The translations under genes and the position numbers were made by a program. From Roseibacillus sp. (GTDB lineage Bacteria; Verrucomicrobiota; Verrucomicrobiia; Verrucomicrobiales; Akkermansiaceae), in NCBI GenBank assembly GCA_051251855.1, contig JBPOGI010000009.1, forward strand, positions 1-46,428: 46,428 bases of DNA, in the 5' to 3' direction. Position 1 is the first letter of the stretch. Each line of letters starts with the position of its first letter. This document shows positions 30,265-40,403 of the stretch, one piece after another. The notes under the pieces were generated by a model, which did no database searches, was not told where the DNA came from, and saw nothing but the letters and a program-made list of their open reading frames with translations.

Positions 30265-31257
30265 CTAAAGGCGCCCCTCGGCTTCGAAACTGACCATCTC
30301 TCCGGTCATGGGGTGCGGGAACGAAATCTTCCAAGAGCGCAGCGCCAGAGGCTCCGCGCCCAACCCCGCGATCTCCGCCTTCCCTAATTTCCCTTCCGCC
30401 AAATAGAGTCGATCTCCTATAATAGGTAATCCCTCTTGCCAAAGATGGACCCGAATCTGGTGCGTCCGCCCCGTGAGCGGACGCGCTTCAATCAGCGTAG
30501 TGCCATCGTCCAGTCGCTCCATCACCTTCATCTCGGTCTGGGCCTCAAGAGGTTTCCCCCAAACCCTCCCCTCAGCTGGCACAGTGTTCTCTATCAGCTT
30601 TTCCTCCCACCGAGGATAACCTTGAACGCGCGCCAGGTAAACCTTAGAGACATCGCCTTGTTCGAACGAAGTTTGGATAGCGCTTCGATACTTACGACCT
30701 TTCACACAAACTAGGGCACCGCTCGTCTCCGCATCGAGACGATGAGCATAACGAACGTCTAACTCCGGCCAAGCCGTATTCATTAGCCACATCAAAGTAT
30801 TCTTACAAAAACGCCCTCCTTCATGCATCGGTAAGGGAGCCGGCTTATCGATGATGAGGAGTACTTCGTCCTCATAAATCACCTTTAAATCCGTCCCCAC
30901 CGGAGGCTCTACCCACTCAGGAAGCAACCGCACATATTGATGTCCAGTCACCACTTGTAACTCAGGATCGTCGATGACTTCGCCAGTCCCATTGGAGACA
31001 ATGAGGCCGTCCCGAAAGACCTTTCTCCATTCTTCATCACTCAGCTTTCCCGGAAACCGACCTGCCAAAACCTCAATAAAAGTCAGCCCATCCTCCGCAG
31101 CTTTGATTCGACAAGGCCGCCGGTTCAAATACGGAACACCTCCAGGCAAAGGATGACAGCACGACCTCCAACGCGCCTCCAAATCTTCTTTTCGCCTCTG
31201 CTGCACAAATGCCTTTTGAACGACATCGTACAAATTGCAGCACAATTCCTTCCTCAA
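30265..31257 (-). CDS. RluA-family pseudouridine synthase
   Basis: IDKPAPLPMH, HRLDAETSG, KVYLA, TGRTHQIRVH and IIGDRLY; the start position is uncertain. Confidence 0.92.
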   Translation of the reverse strand: MRKELCCNLYDVVQKAFVQQRRKEDLEARWRSCCHPLPGGVPYLNRRPCRIKAAEDGLTFIEVLAGRFPGKLSDEEWRKVFRDGLIVSNGTGEVIDDPELQVVTGHQYVRLLPEWVEPPVGTDLKVIYEDEVLLIIDKPAPLPMHEGGRFCKNTLMWLMNTAWPELDVRYAHRLDAETSGALVCVKGRKYRSAIQTSFEQGDVSKVYLARVQGYPRWEEKLIENTVPAEGRVWGKPLEAQTEMKVMERLDDGTTLIEARPLTGRTHQIRVHLWQEGLPIIGDRLYLAEGKLGKAEIAGLGAEPLALRSWKISFPHPMTGEMVSFEAEGRL

Positions 31258-31289
31258 CCTCTCACTAATTTTAATAATAAGCTAATAAT

Positions 31290-31327
31290 TATAGCTCGAA
31301 CATCCGAATTTCAAAATTCTTGTTAAA
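31290..31327. promoter_or_regulatory. Duplicated upstream element, copy 1, with palindrome GAATTT-CA-AAATTC
   Basis: The 29-bp AACATCCGAATTTCAAAATTCTTGTTAAA (31299-31327) is identical to 32248-32276. Confidence 0.7.
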
Positions 31328-31416
31328 CCTTAAGTGATATTTCAGAAGATTATGAGTGTGAGGCCTACCTCAGCTTTCACACCGCTTGACCCCCCTCTTC
31401 ATATCCCCCTTTAGCT

Positions 31417-32034
31417 ATGAAAATCATCCCTCTGTTTTTTGGAACCAATCTCGTATTGGCGACCACTGGGTTCGCCCAGCTTTCCCTCGAACCAGCTTCG
31501 AACTCACTCTCGTTTACCAGCCTCAGCGAAAGCCAGTTCAGCGTAAGTGAAGCCAGTAATAAGAACTCCGCACCCATGGGTTGGTCTTTCGATACTACGG
31601 AACGTTCTGGCACCTCACCAATCGATCAATCCTCTGGCATCAAAGGATACAGTTACATCAATGCTACCTTTGCTATTGGCGCCAACTTCTCCACCACATT
31701 CTTTCGAGGGAACGAGCAAGCAAGCGACTTTGCTCTCCTCAACCTAAGGGCCTCTTCTGAGTGCAGACTCTTGCCCCTCGCCTCTCGCGTCACGAACCCT
31801 GCAGATAACACATACTTCCTCTCAACCGATGAAGGAACGTATCTTGAATTTGGCTTCCATCATATCGACAGCCTGCTTTCGGGCCAAGATTGGGCGAGCG
31901 ACCTCCCTGCCCGTATTTCCACCCTAGAAATCGACTCAAGGGATACTGATTACCAAGAGACCTACGACCTGCCCCTGCTCTACGAACCCATCTCCATGGC
32001 TGAAGCTCAAAGAGGTCTCACCATCTCATTTTAA
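31417..32034 (+). pseudogene. Diverged, truncated paralogue of the downstream PEP-CTERM protein (possible pseudogene)
   Basis: Shares QLSLEP..SLS..SL and YFLSTDEGTYLEFGF with 32353-33192; stops at SF* where the paralogue continues SFQNAA...IPEPS. Confidence 0.55.
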
Positions 32035-32238
32035 TAACGCATCCAAAAGCGTGGCCGTCCCACCATCGGTTTAGAACAGCCAAAGGTAATCTCCTAGTCT
32101 CGAGAGACTTCCAAAAATTCCAACAACCGCTCCTCTTCTCCGCGGTCTCGTTCCGAGTGGTTCACCTCCTCTGATCTTCTTTCTCTCCTTAGCTAACGCA
32201 CCATATTCTCTAATCTTTTCTGATAATATGGCGGGAAA

Positions 32239-32276
32239 TATAGCTAAAACATCCGAATTTCAAAATTCTTGTTAAA
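32239..32276. promoter_or_regulatory. Duplicated upstream element, copy 2
   Basis: 29-bp identity to 31299-31327, preceded by TATAGCT in both copies. Confidence 0.7.
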
Positions 32277-32352
32277 GGAAGCGTGACCTTTCACAAACTA
32301 GAGGGTGCGAAGTTCGTTTCATCTTTCGCCCATAACAACAACTACCCTTCCT

Positions 32353-33192
32353 ATGAATGCTACCATCTCACTTCTAGGCGTGAGCCTTGCGTTGTCAGCT
32401 ACAGGCCTGACTCAGGTCTCACTCGATCCCTCTTGGGGCTCACTGTCCTCCGCTAGTCTTGCAGACCGTCGATTCAGCTCCACTTCAACCAATTTCAATT
32501 TTGCTCCCAGCGTCGGCGGTGCAGGTTCACTCACCAGTAGTAACTTTCTCACCGAAAGCAGAGGAACAGCCTCTAGCTTCGGTTCTCTTGATGCTTCGGA
32601 TGGCCTTTCAGTTCCCGTCATCCGCACTTTCGCGACCACCGGCCCATCGAACTCAGCGGCACGTGGCAGTTCCGTTGTGATTGAGGGCTACACTTATGAC
32701 GGAGTTGGAACCGCATCCTTCAATCTAGACGCCAACCTCACCGGCTCGTTCTCCAACATGGATAATGACTTTGCCGGCAACTTTGCCACCCTCAGTATCT
32801 GGAGTCCAGGAGACGGATTCTTTCCTCCTATCGTTGGACGAGCAGCGGCTCCCGATGATGACTTCTTCTTCTCAACTGACGAAGGAAGCTATCTTGAATT
32901 TGGATTCAACCGCCTCGATACTCTTCGCCTCGAACAGAACGGTATTGGCACAGACGACGTCCTTTCCGGAACCCTTTCTTGGAACATGGAGCCAGGTGAC
33001 ACCGTCTACCTCTGGGTATCTGGTCGTTCACAAGTCTACGGACCTAATTCCACAGCAGACGCTCGCAACACCCTGACCACTTCCTTTCAGAACGCCGCTG
33101 GTCTCACCTCCCTTTCAGGAGGAATTCCAGAGCCTTCAACCACTCTCCTCGGACTTTTAGGCGTCTTCGCCTTGGCACGTCGCAAGCGCTAG
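32353..33192 (+). CDS. PEP-CTERM sorting-domain protein
   Basis: Signal peptide from the ATG at 32353; C-terminus IPEPSTTLLGLLGVFALARRKR. Confidence 0.93.
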   Translation: MNATISLLGVSLALSATGLTQVSLDPSWGSLSSASLADRRFSSTSTNFNFAPSVGGAGSLTSSNFLTESRGTASSFGSLDASDGLSVPVIRTFATTGPSNSAARGSSVVIEGYTYDGVGTASFNLDANLTGSFSNMDNDFAGNFATLSIWSPGDGFFPPIVGRAAAPDDDFFFSTDEGSYLEFGFNRLDTLRLEQNGIGTDDVLSGTLSWNMEPGDTVYLWVSGRSQVYGPNSTADARNTLTTSFQNAAGLTSLSGGIPEPSTTLLGLLGVFALARRKR

Positions 33193-33218
33193 TTTCGTTT
33201 CCTAGAATGAACTTTTCC

Positions 33219-33248
33219 AAAGCCGGACCAACCTAGGTCCGGCTTTTT
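33219..33248 (+). terminator. Intrinsic terminator
   Basis: AAAGCCGGACC-AACCTA-GGTCCGGCTTTTT after the PEP-CTERM gene. Confidence 0.85.
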
Positions 33249-33309
33249 CGTGACCATACTCGATGAAAACTGTGCCCAAGAACCGACGTAGAATCTTCCA
33301 TCAAAAGCC

Positions 33310-34101
33310 ATGAAGCTACTTACCCTTCTGACCCTCCTTCCCGCTCTCTTATACGGTCAGCAAAAAGAAGAAGTGGGACTCGACCTCAGTCTTGTCGCCG
33401 AGAACAAGTCCATCGTTCTTGGTGAAGCTTTCACGGTGGGAATCCATATTCAGCACGAACCAGGTTACCACACGTATTGGAAGAACCCAGGTATCGTGGG
33501 AATGGCCACAAACTTGGAATGGGACCTTCCCCTGGGATTCACGGCCTCCCAAACACTCTGGCCCTACCCAGAACTCTGTGACATGGCAGGACACCCGTGC
33601 CACGGATTCGAACGCGACGTCACTCTCCTCACCACCATTACGCCTCCTGAGAATACAACATCAACGGAGATCAATCTCAAAGTTTCCGTCGCTTGGATGT
33701 GCTGTGCCCAAGGTTGCTACCCGGGAAGCAAGGAGCTTTCGCTCGCCCTTCCCATATCTTTAAAGAGTCATCCCCATCCCAAACATTCGCTCATCATCAA
33801 GAAGGCCAAAAAGGAAGTCCCTCAGCCATCCAACACGTGGACTGCTCATCTTCTCTCCCGGTCGGATGAAGCGCCTCTCACCCTAACCTTCAAAGGCCCT
33901 CCAGGAGAAGAACCTCAATACTTCTTCTCTTCAGACGGCCAAATATCTTCCGATCAAAAGCAAGCCTTCCGAAAGACCGATTCTGGCACTTGGGAGCTTT
34001 CCATCACTCGCGCAAAGTTTTCCCCTCGAGGAAAAAAGAGCCTCCCCGGCATTCTTAAGACCTCCCTAACCTTCCACCAAGTAAGCGTCTCGCCCCAATA
34101 A
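33310..34101 (+). CDS. DsbD N-terminal-like (protein-disulfide reductase) domain protein
   Basis: Signal peptide; GYHTYWKNPG..G, WDLPLGF...WPYP and WMCCAQGCYPG. Confidence 0.82.
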   Translation: MKLLTLLTLLPALLYGQQKEEVGLDLSLVAENKSIVLGEAFTVGIHIQHEPGYHTYWKNPGIVGMATNLEWDLPLGFTASQTLWPYPELCDMAGHPCHGFERDVTLLTTITPPENTTSTEINLKVSVAWMCCAQGCYPGSKELSLALPISLKSHPHPKHSLIIKKAKKEVPQPSNTWTAHLLSRSDEAPLTLTFKGPPGEEPQYFFSSDGQISSDQKQAFRKTDSGTWELSITRAKFSPRGKKSLPGILKTSLTFHQVSVSPQ

Positions 34102-34153
34102 CACGAAGTATCCTCGCCCCCTTCTCATCGCGTGCTATCTTTTAGCCACAACA

Positions 34154-35008
34154 ATGACTTCTTCTGCCAAGCCCGATTCAATGGCATCTCGACGCGATTT
34201 TTTAAAATCAGCGCTGGCGGCTTCCATTGCCACCTCCCCTGCCACTCTCTTCGCTCACGAGATTCCCTCACCACCCACAAAGAAAGGACTCGGGCTAGCC
34301 ACTAAGAATCCGCAATGGGCCAAGCTGCTCAGAGAACTCGACGCAAAGTGGGTCTATACTTGGGGCTCCGACATCCCCAAAGACACCCCCAAGAAAATCG
34401 ACTTCGTTCCCATGATCTGGGGCTACTGGGGCCAAGCTGAACAGATCCGCAAAAGCGCCCTTGCCGCCAAAGAAGCGGGCATCACCGAACTTCTCGGATT
34501 CAACGAACCCGACGGCCGCCACCAAGCAAACATGAGCGTCCAAAAAGCGCTCAAGAACTGGCCCGTCCTCATGGAATCCGGCCTCCGCCTCGGCTCCCCT
34601 GCCTGCGTCCATCCCGACAATGATTGGATGAAAGAGTTCATGGCCACCGCAAAACGCAAAAGCCATCGCGTCGATTTTGTCTGCGTCCACTCCTACGGCG
34701 GCGCGAATAGTAAGACCTTTCTCAAGCGCATGGAAAAAATCCATCGCATGTATCAAAAACCCCTCTGGATCACCGAGTTCGCGGTCGGAGATTGGGATGC
34801 CAAATCCCCAGAACAGAACCGCCACAAACCCGACGCCGTCCTTAAGTTCATGGAAAAAGTCTTCCCCGCCCTCGACAAACTCGATTATGTCGAGCGCCAT
34901 GCTTGGTTCCCGTCCTCCCAAGACAACAACGCCCTCGGCACCAGCGCCCTCTTCAAGACCAATGGAAACCTCACTCGCCTAGGTGAATTCTACCGCGACT
35001 ATCAGTAG
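34154..35008 (+). CDS. Tat-exported glycoside hydrolase, GH128-like (Glyco_hydro_cc)
   Basis: SRRDFLK Tat motif; KKG, WVYTW, FVPMIWG, LLGFNEPD, VHSY, KPLWITEF and VERHAWF. Confidence 0.85.
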   Translation: MTSSAKPDSMASRRDFLKSALAASIATSPATLFAHEIPSPPTKKGLGLATKNPQWAKLLRELDAKWVYTWGSDIPKDTPKKIDFVPMIWGYWGQAEQIRKSALAAKEAGITELLGFNEPDGRHQANMSVQKALKNWPVLMESGLRLGSPACVHPDNDWMKEFMATAKRKSHRVDFVCVHSYGGANSKTFLKRMEKIHRMYQKPLWITEFAVGDWDAKSPEQNRHKPDAVLKFMEKVFPALDKLDYVERHAWFPSSQDNNALGTSALFKTNGNLTRLGEFYRDYQ

Positions 35009-35129
35009 GCAACCTCCTATACTAATATTCCCACTCAGAGCAAGAACTTGGAAAATATCAAACTGAGAGCAGGTCTTTAAAGAATCTTTAGAAAGAAATA
35101 CCCTTCTTCAAAACGAAGAAAGCGACACC

Positions 35130-36269
35130 ATGAAATCAATAACAAATCCATTCACTCAATCTGCCCTCATGATCTCCCGCAGACGCTTACTGAACACCTT
35201 CGGCTTGGGCTCCGCAGCAATCCTCCTGCTAGGAACTCTCGGCATCAGCGCTCAAGAAGAAGCCAAGGAGCCTCAACCCATTCGCTGGGGTTTTGTCGGC
35301 ACGGGGTCCATCGCGAACCAAATGGCCCGAGCAACGAAGGAAGCACCCAATACCGTCCTAACCGCCAGCTCAAGTCGAACCCTCGAGAAAGCGGAAGCCT
35401 TCGCCGCCAAATACGAAGCCTCCAAAGCCTTCGACTCGTGGGCCGAGATGTTCCAGTGGGACGGAATCGATGCCGTCTACGTGGCTACTCCCACCTCAGT
35501 CAAAGAAGAGATCTCAATCGCTGCAGCCAAGGCCGGCAAACACGTCTTCTGTGAGAAACCCCTACCCAGCCTTCCGGCCACCCAAAGAATCTTAGCCGCC
35601 TGCCGCGAGAACAACGTCGCCTTCATGGACGGCACTCACTTCTCCCATCATCCCCGCACCCTTCAACTTCAGGAGCAGATCGACACTCTGGCCGGCAAAC
35701 GCCGCACCCTCGACACCATCTTTCAATTCAAGCTCGGGAACAAAAACAACATCCGAGTGAACCCCGAACTCGAACCCATGGGAGTCTTGGGAGACCTCGG
35801 TTGGTACAACATGCGAGCCATCGTCGATTACCTCGACCCTGCGGCCGAACTGAAATCCGTTTCCGCGGTCATGCGACGCGATCCCGAAAGCCAAGCCGTC
35901 ATCGGAAGCACCGGCCTCCTGGTCTTTAGCGATGGATCCACCTCCACCTTCAGTTGCGCCTTCGATGCCGGCGACTCACGAAACGATGCCCGCATTGTCG
36001 GAGACCAGGGCACTCTCGAAATCGACAAATTCGTCGGTCACGACAAAGACAACTCCGCGAGCTACACCCACTCCGCGAAAACAAACAAGCCCGCGAGCAA
36101 AGTAGTCAAAGTCGAAGCCGACCGCCCCGACGCCGCCATCCTCTTCGAAAACTTCGCCGCCCAAGTCCACGACCCCAGCCTCCGAGCCCACTGGGAAACC
36201 AAAGCCGAACACACCCAAGCCCTCCTCGACGCCGTCTGGAAAAGCGCCCTCGCGAACGAAGGCTCTTAA
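35130..36269 (+). CDS. Gfo/Idh/MocA family oxidoreductase with a Tat-like signal
   Basis: SRRRLL; WGFVGTGSIA, DAVYVATP, GKHVFCEKP and GVLGDLGWY. Confidence 0.9.
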   Translation: MKSITNPFTQSALMISRRRLLNTFGLGSAAILLLGTLGISAQEEAKEPQPIRWGFVGTGSIANQMARATKEAPNTVLTASSSRTLEKAEAFAAKYEASKAFDSWAEMFQWDGIDAVYVATPTSVKEEISIAAAKAGKHVFCEKPLPSLPATQRILAACRENNVAFMDGTHFSHHPRTLQLQEQIDTLAGKRRTLDTIFQFKLGNKNNIRVNPELEPMGVLGDLGWYNMRAIVDYLDPAAELKSVSAVMRRDPESQAVIGSTGLLVFSDGSTSTFSCAFDAGDSRNDARIVGDQGTLEIDKFVGHDKDNSASYTHSAKTNKPASKVVKVEADRPDAAILFENFAAQVHDPSLRAHWETKAEHTQALLDAVWKSALANEGS

Positions 36270-36305
36270 TCTCTTTATCAACTAGAAACGGCAGAGTTAT
36301 TTGGC

Positions 36306-39300
36306 TTATCGGGGAGATTTGACACGTATGAAGCACTTGTTCTGGGTCAAGTCTGGGGCCCATGTGCTTGAGGGCAATTGCATGACTTCTCCATCGCCGA
36401 TGAGGTTGTCCATTCCTGGAATCGTGTCCCAAGTCTGGAGGTCATAAGTGTACTCTACCTTATAGGTCGCACCATTCGTTGTTTTCCACGAAAGAACGGG
36501 CTGCACTCCTTGGAAGACACAACCAACCATCTCGATTGAACTTCCGGCATGTGGAGTCGCAATCCCTGTTCCACTCACAGCAAAGGTATATGCGGCTTCA
36601 TCAGAGTCATTGGAGCTTAGAGTGATTTGTCCTGTTTTGACGCCAAGGCTACTTGGGTTGAATGAAATCCAAAAGGTAGTGGCGCTTCCAGCAGGAAGCC
36701 ATGCTGGGAGTTGGCTAACGTTGAACTCCGCATTGTTTGATGTGAGGCCTGTCAGCGACAAGGGACTATTCCCAGAGTTACGGACAATAAACGAATGCAT
36801 GGCAACCCCAGTAATCGCATCTACCGATCCGAAATCTGTTCCATTCGCGACCTGTGTGGATCCACTTCCATCTGGAATCGACGTCGTTGTGAAATAGACA
36901 TCCGTTTCAGGTTGCGCCCCCTCACCTCGAACTAGGAAAGAGAGGGTGGGAATTTCTGGATCATTCGTATTAAAGCTGATTGTGGCTTGTCGAGACCCCA
37001 AAGACGAAGGGTCGAATGTCACGGTGAGAATCGTGGCTTGCCCCGGTTGTATCGAGCTTTGATTGGCTGTTACGGTGAAATCTGAGTGAGTGGAAGATAG
37101 GTTCGACAAGCTTAAATCTCCATTCCCTAAATTCCTGAGAGCGTAGGATCGAGTGACCATTCCAGAGTGATAGTTCAAGAGACCAAACTCCGTACCGCTT
37201 GTTGGCGAAATCAGTGCGCCTTCATTTTCAATGGGAACTGCTCCGTAGAAGAGGCCAGCCTCGGGTATTAGGGCCGAGGAAAGATCGTAAATACATACTC
37301 GACCTCTTCCCGTCGTGACATTTTGCCTTGGAGAACCAACAACCAATTTGGAACCTCCGAGCGCAACAGAAGACCCTGAGAATGCAGTGTTACTCGTGTC
37401 ATCGGGCACGAGCTTGTACAGCATCTCATAAGATTCTCTGTCGAACACGTAGGTCGCTCCAGCACTGGGCGCACGAAAGTCCTCCTGAATCGCGCCGACT
37501 GCAATAAACTCATCCGAAATTGCGACATCGTAACCAAATTGATCGCCTGTGTATCCTTCGGGTGCGATGAGCCGTTTCACGAACTGTTGTGTAGGCAGAT
37601 CATAGAGATGGATTTCTCCGAAGCTCTCAGAATCATGGCCGATTGCCAGGGTGTTGCTTTGGATCGCGAGGGTTCGGCCGTAGCCTTGGCTAGCTGCACC
37701 TGTGAGTGAACCAAAGCTGTCCACCAACGAATAGTCGTCTAAGCGAAAAATATGCACAGAGCCATCGTTGCTTCCCAAAATATCGCCATACTGCTCCGTG
37801 ATCGCACAATAGTCTTTCCCTAATGCGACCTCAAAGCCAAAGTGGTTGCTGCCGCTACCACTAACGTTCGTAAATTTGTGTAACTCCTGCCCAGTTTCGA
37901 CATCGAACAAATAGGCCGAGCCACTCGAACCTCCGTGGTCATCGTCGCCCTTTGACCCAACCAAAAGTTTGCCCGTATTGGCGGACAGCGATGTTCCAAA
38001 ATAGTCAAATGAGGTTCCGTCACTGGCAGTAAGAGTTCGAATCAGGTCTCCGTTAATAACACTGTAAATGTGGACCGCGCCCGCATGCGCTCCGCTGACG
38101 GAGTCAAACTCGGATGAAACGAAGGCAAAATTTCCATCGATAGCCACGGCAGAACCAAACTCCAAAATTCCGCTAAGAACTGGGGGAAGAAGGGTGTGGA
38201 TAATATTTCCATTCTCAACGTTCAAGATGTAAGCTACTCCCGTTCTTCCTCCGACGGGGACCCCATAGTAATCACCCACGACAGCATATTCACCATCAAT
38301 AGCGACAGATTCTCCGAACTGGCCAGCAGAATATGATCCCGGATCCCCGACGCAGGAATGAGCCAAGTCCTCGCCGTAGTTGGTTACCACAAGCTCGCCG
38401 TCCGCGATGAAGTGATACTCGTGAAAATACCTCGACCCCCTGTATGTCCCAGACACATAGAACGTATGGTCACCTGGGGTCGTGGGAACTCCATATAGCC
38501 GGCCGTTGGAGTAAGACATCCCATCTGGCAACTGAAACAACTCCGCCTTACTGTCAGTCGAATCGAGAAATGGGCGGGAACTCCCTACCGGTGTTGGACT
38601 CGCCACACCATACAAAAAATTGGGATCAGCTTGTCGCCCATAATCTAGACTAGAATAGATCGACGCGTAGCCAATATCATCATCAAACTCTACGAAGGAG
38701 TCAGCAATGTATTCATTTTCTTCGCTCCAAGCAATGAGGTAACTCTCTTCCAAACCCAATGATACAATTGAAGCTCCGCCTTGATCATCATCGAAAACTG
38801 TTGGCACCGAAACCTCTTGTTGCGCCCCCCAACCCAGCCCAGAAACATATTTCGAAAACAACAATGACTGGTCATTTGCTCCTCTGATTCCGTCCACTGA
38901 CCATGTCGCTATGAATCCTCCAAATCCATCGCAAGCCAACTGCGGCGCTCTTTCGTTCTCAATATCTGAGCGAAAATTAGAGTTCACGACGCCTTTGTGC
39001 GTCCAATTGCCATTCAGAAATTCAGCCGAATAAACCTCCTCATCCATTTCTCCCAAGTCATCATCATCGGGATCTTCTTCTCCAACATACACGAGCATAT
39101 ATTTGGTGCCGTTTCCGACTACGACTGGCTCGGAAAGGTCACGGCCATCACCTAGTCTGATCGATGTAGGGACTCGTTGGCTGCTCGAACCTTCGTAGTC
39201 AGCAGACCAAGAAAGACCGCCATCACTAGAAACGGACCAGAATATTTCGTCGTCACCGTCTCGATCACTGTCAGTACGGTGAATAGTGTCATCATCATAT

Positions 39301-40403
39301 CCACCTTCCCAGACGGCCATAATCTGTCCGTTTATGTTTGTGGTCAGTGATACATCCTTATCGGTGTCATCCTCGGACACCAAGTAGGCTGACTGATTTA
39401 GAACGCTAGGTGAGGACCAGCTTTCTTCAAGATTTAACAAGCGTGCAGAAACAATATCGCCGTCAGTGCCAGGCTGCCAGTCGATGACATGGCGTCCCTC
39501 CCATGCGCAGACCCACACCCCGCTGCCCGCCTGAGCATAGATAATATCTGGGTCTGTATCCGATTCGCCATCCGTCATCCCGTAGGTATTAAGGAGCGTT
39601 GGCTCCGTCCACTCCGGATTATTGAAGTCCGTCAAATAGCTGTAGTAAATATCCGTATCTGCTCCCCCAGTGGAACCAGCTTGATGCCACACTACCATCC
39701 AATTCCCTTTGCAGTCGGTCTCGATAGCGGGGATGCCAAGTGACTCGAAACCTGACTCCATACTCGGGTGGAGTATCTTCTGAGGGGCCCATGTTGCTCC
39801 ACTATTGTCAGACGTTGAAAAAACCAATCTCCGGAACGAAGTCGATATGCCGGGCTTGTAGAATCTCTGATACCAGACACAGACAACCTTACCCATCTTG
39901 TCCGAGGACAACCTTGGAAACTCATCATAATGTCGATAGGGCTGTAGATGGTCGACTTCGGAGAGATCGTTGAGGGCTTGAGCCTTTGATATTTCTCCAA
40001 GCACTGGCTCTGGACGAAAAGTGACTTTAATATCTGACCCCGATAAGACTGCTCCCACCTCCAAAGTGTTACCTCCAGACATGATCGATTGTCCATCGAG
40101 ATACCAGTGTTCAACGATCCATCCGTCGTCGGGCGTTGCTGTGAATATTACGTTCTCATCCTCCGAAAACCCAGCGAAGGAACTAGGATTCACTGTCCCC
40201 CCTGTTCCGGACTCAGCATTGACGACGTGGTCAAAGCGTTCGACGATGCGCCCGGTGCGATTGCCCGCATCGTCAAATGTATACGTGGTTTCATAAGCAT
40301 CTTCAGTCGTCGCCGAGACAAGCCGGTCGATCGCGTCAAAGTTGTTATGGGTTTCCGCGGCCAGAGAGACGGAGAGGAGAAATGAGAGACCTGAGCTTTT
40401 CAT
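36306..40403 (-). CDS. Multidomain exported protein: lone RHS/YD repeat, BNR/sialidase-like propeller, putative Ig, FG-GAP propeller, two choice-of-anchor D domains and the C-terminal domain
   Basis: FDAIDRL...YTFDDAGNRT; STSDNSGATW and SSDGGLSW (Asp-box); LPDGMS...GVPTTPG; FGESVAIDG/FGSAVAIDG/FGYDVAIS; NGTDFG...SNDSDEAAYTF; YKVEYTYDLQTW...FIRV. Confidence 0.85.
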   Translation of the reverse strand: MKSSGLSFLLSVSLAAETHNNFDAIDRLVSATTEDAYETTYTFDDAGNRTGRIVERFDHVVNAESGTGGTVNPSSFAGFSEDENVIFTATPDDGWIVEHWYLDGQSIMSGGNTLEVGAVLSGSDIKVTFRPEPVLGEISKAQALNDLSEVDHLQPYRHYDEFPRLSSDKMGKVVCVWYQRFYKPGISTSFRRLVFSTSDNSGATWAPQKILHPSMESGFESLGIPAIETDCKGNWMVVWHQAGSTGGADTDIYYSYLTDFNNPEWTEPTLLNTYGMTDGESDTDPDIIYAQAGSGVWVCAWEGRHVIDWQPGTDGDIVSARLLNLEESWSSPSVLNQSAYLVSEDDTDKDVSLTTNINGQIMAVWEGGYDDDTIHRTDSDRDGDDEIFWSVSSDGGLSWSADYEGSSSQRVPTSIRLGDGRDLSEPVVVGNGTKYMLVYVGEEDPDDDDLGEMDEEVYSAEFLNGNWTHKGVVNSNFRSDIENERAPQLACDGFGGFIATWSVDGIRGANDQSLLFSKYVSGLGWGAQQEVSVPTVFDDDQGGASIVSLGLEESYLIAWSEENEYIADSFVEFDDDIGYASIYSSLDYGRQADPNFLYGVASPTPVGSSRPFLDSTDSKAELFQLPDGMSYSNGRLYGVPTTPGDHTFYVSGTYRGSRYFHEYHFIADGELVVTNYGEDLAHSCVGDPGSYSAGQFGESVAIDGEYAVVGDYYGVPVGGRTGVAYILNVENGNIIHTLLPPVLSGILEFGSAVAIDGNFAFVSSEFDSVSGAHAGAVHIYSVINGDLIRTLTASDGTSFDYFGTSLSANTGKLLVGSKGDDDHGGSSGSAYLFDVETGQELHKFTNVSGSGSNHFGFEVALGKDYCAITEQYGDILGSNDGSVHIFRLDDYSLVDSFGSLTGAASQGYGRTLAIQSNTLAIGHDSESFGEIHLYDLPTQQFVKRLIAPEGYTGDQFGYDVAISDEFIAVGAIQEDFRAPSAGATYVFDRESYEMLYKLVPDDTSNTAFSGSSVALGGSKLVVGSPRQNVTTGRGRVCIYDLSSALIPEAGLFYGAVPIENEGALISPTSGTEFGLLNYHSGMVTRSYALRNLGNGDLSLSNLSSTHSDFTVTANQSSIQPGQATILTVTFDPSSLGSRQATISFNTNDPEIPTLSFLVRGEGAQPETDVYFTTTSIPDGSGSTQVANGTDFGSVDAITGVAMHSFIVRNSGNSPLSLTGLTSNNAEFNVSQLPAWLPAGSATTFWISFNPSSLGVKTGQITLSSNDSDEAAYTFAVSGTGIATPHAGSSIEMVGCVFQGVQPVLSWKTTNGATYKVEYTYDLQTWDTIPGMDNLIGDGEVMQLPSSTWAPDLTQNKCFIRVKSPR

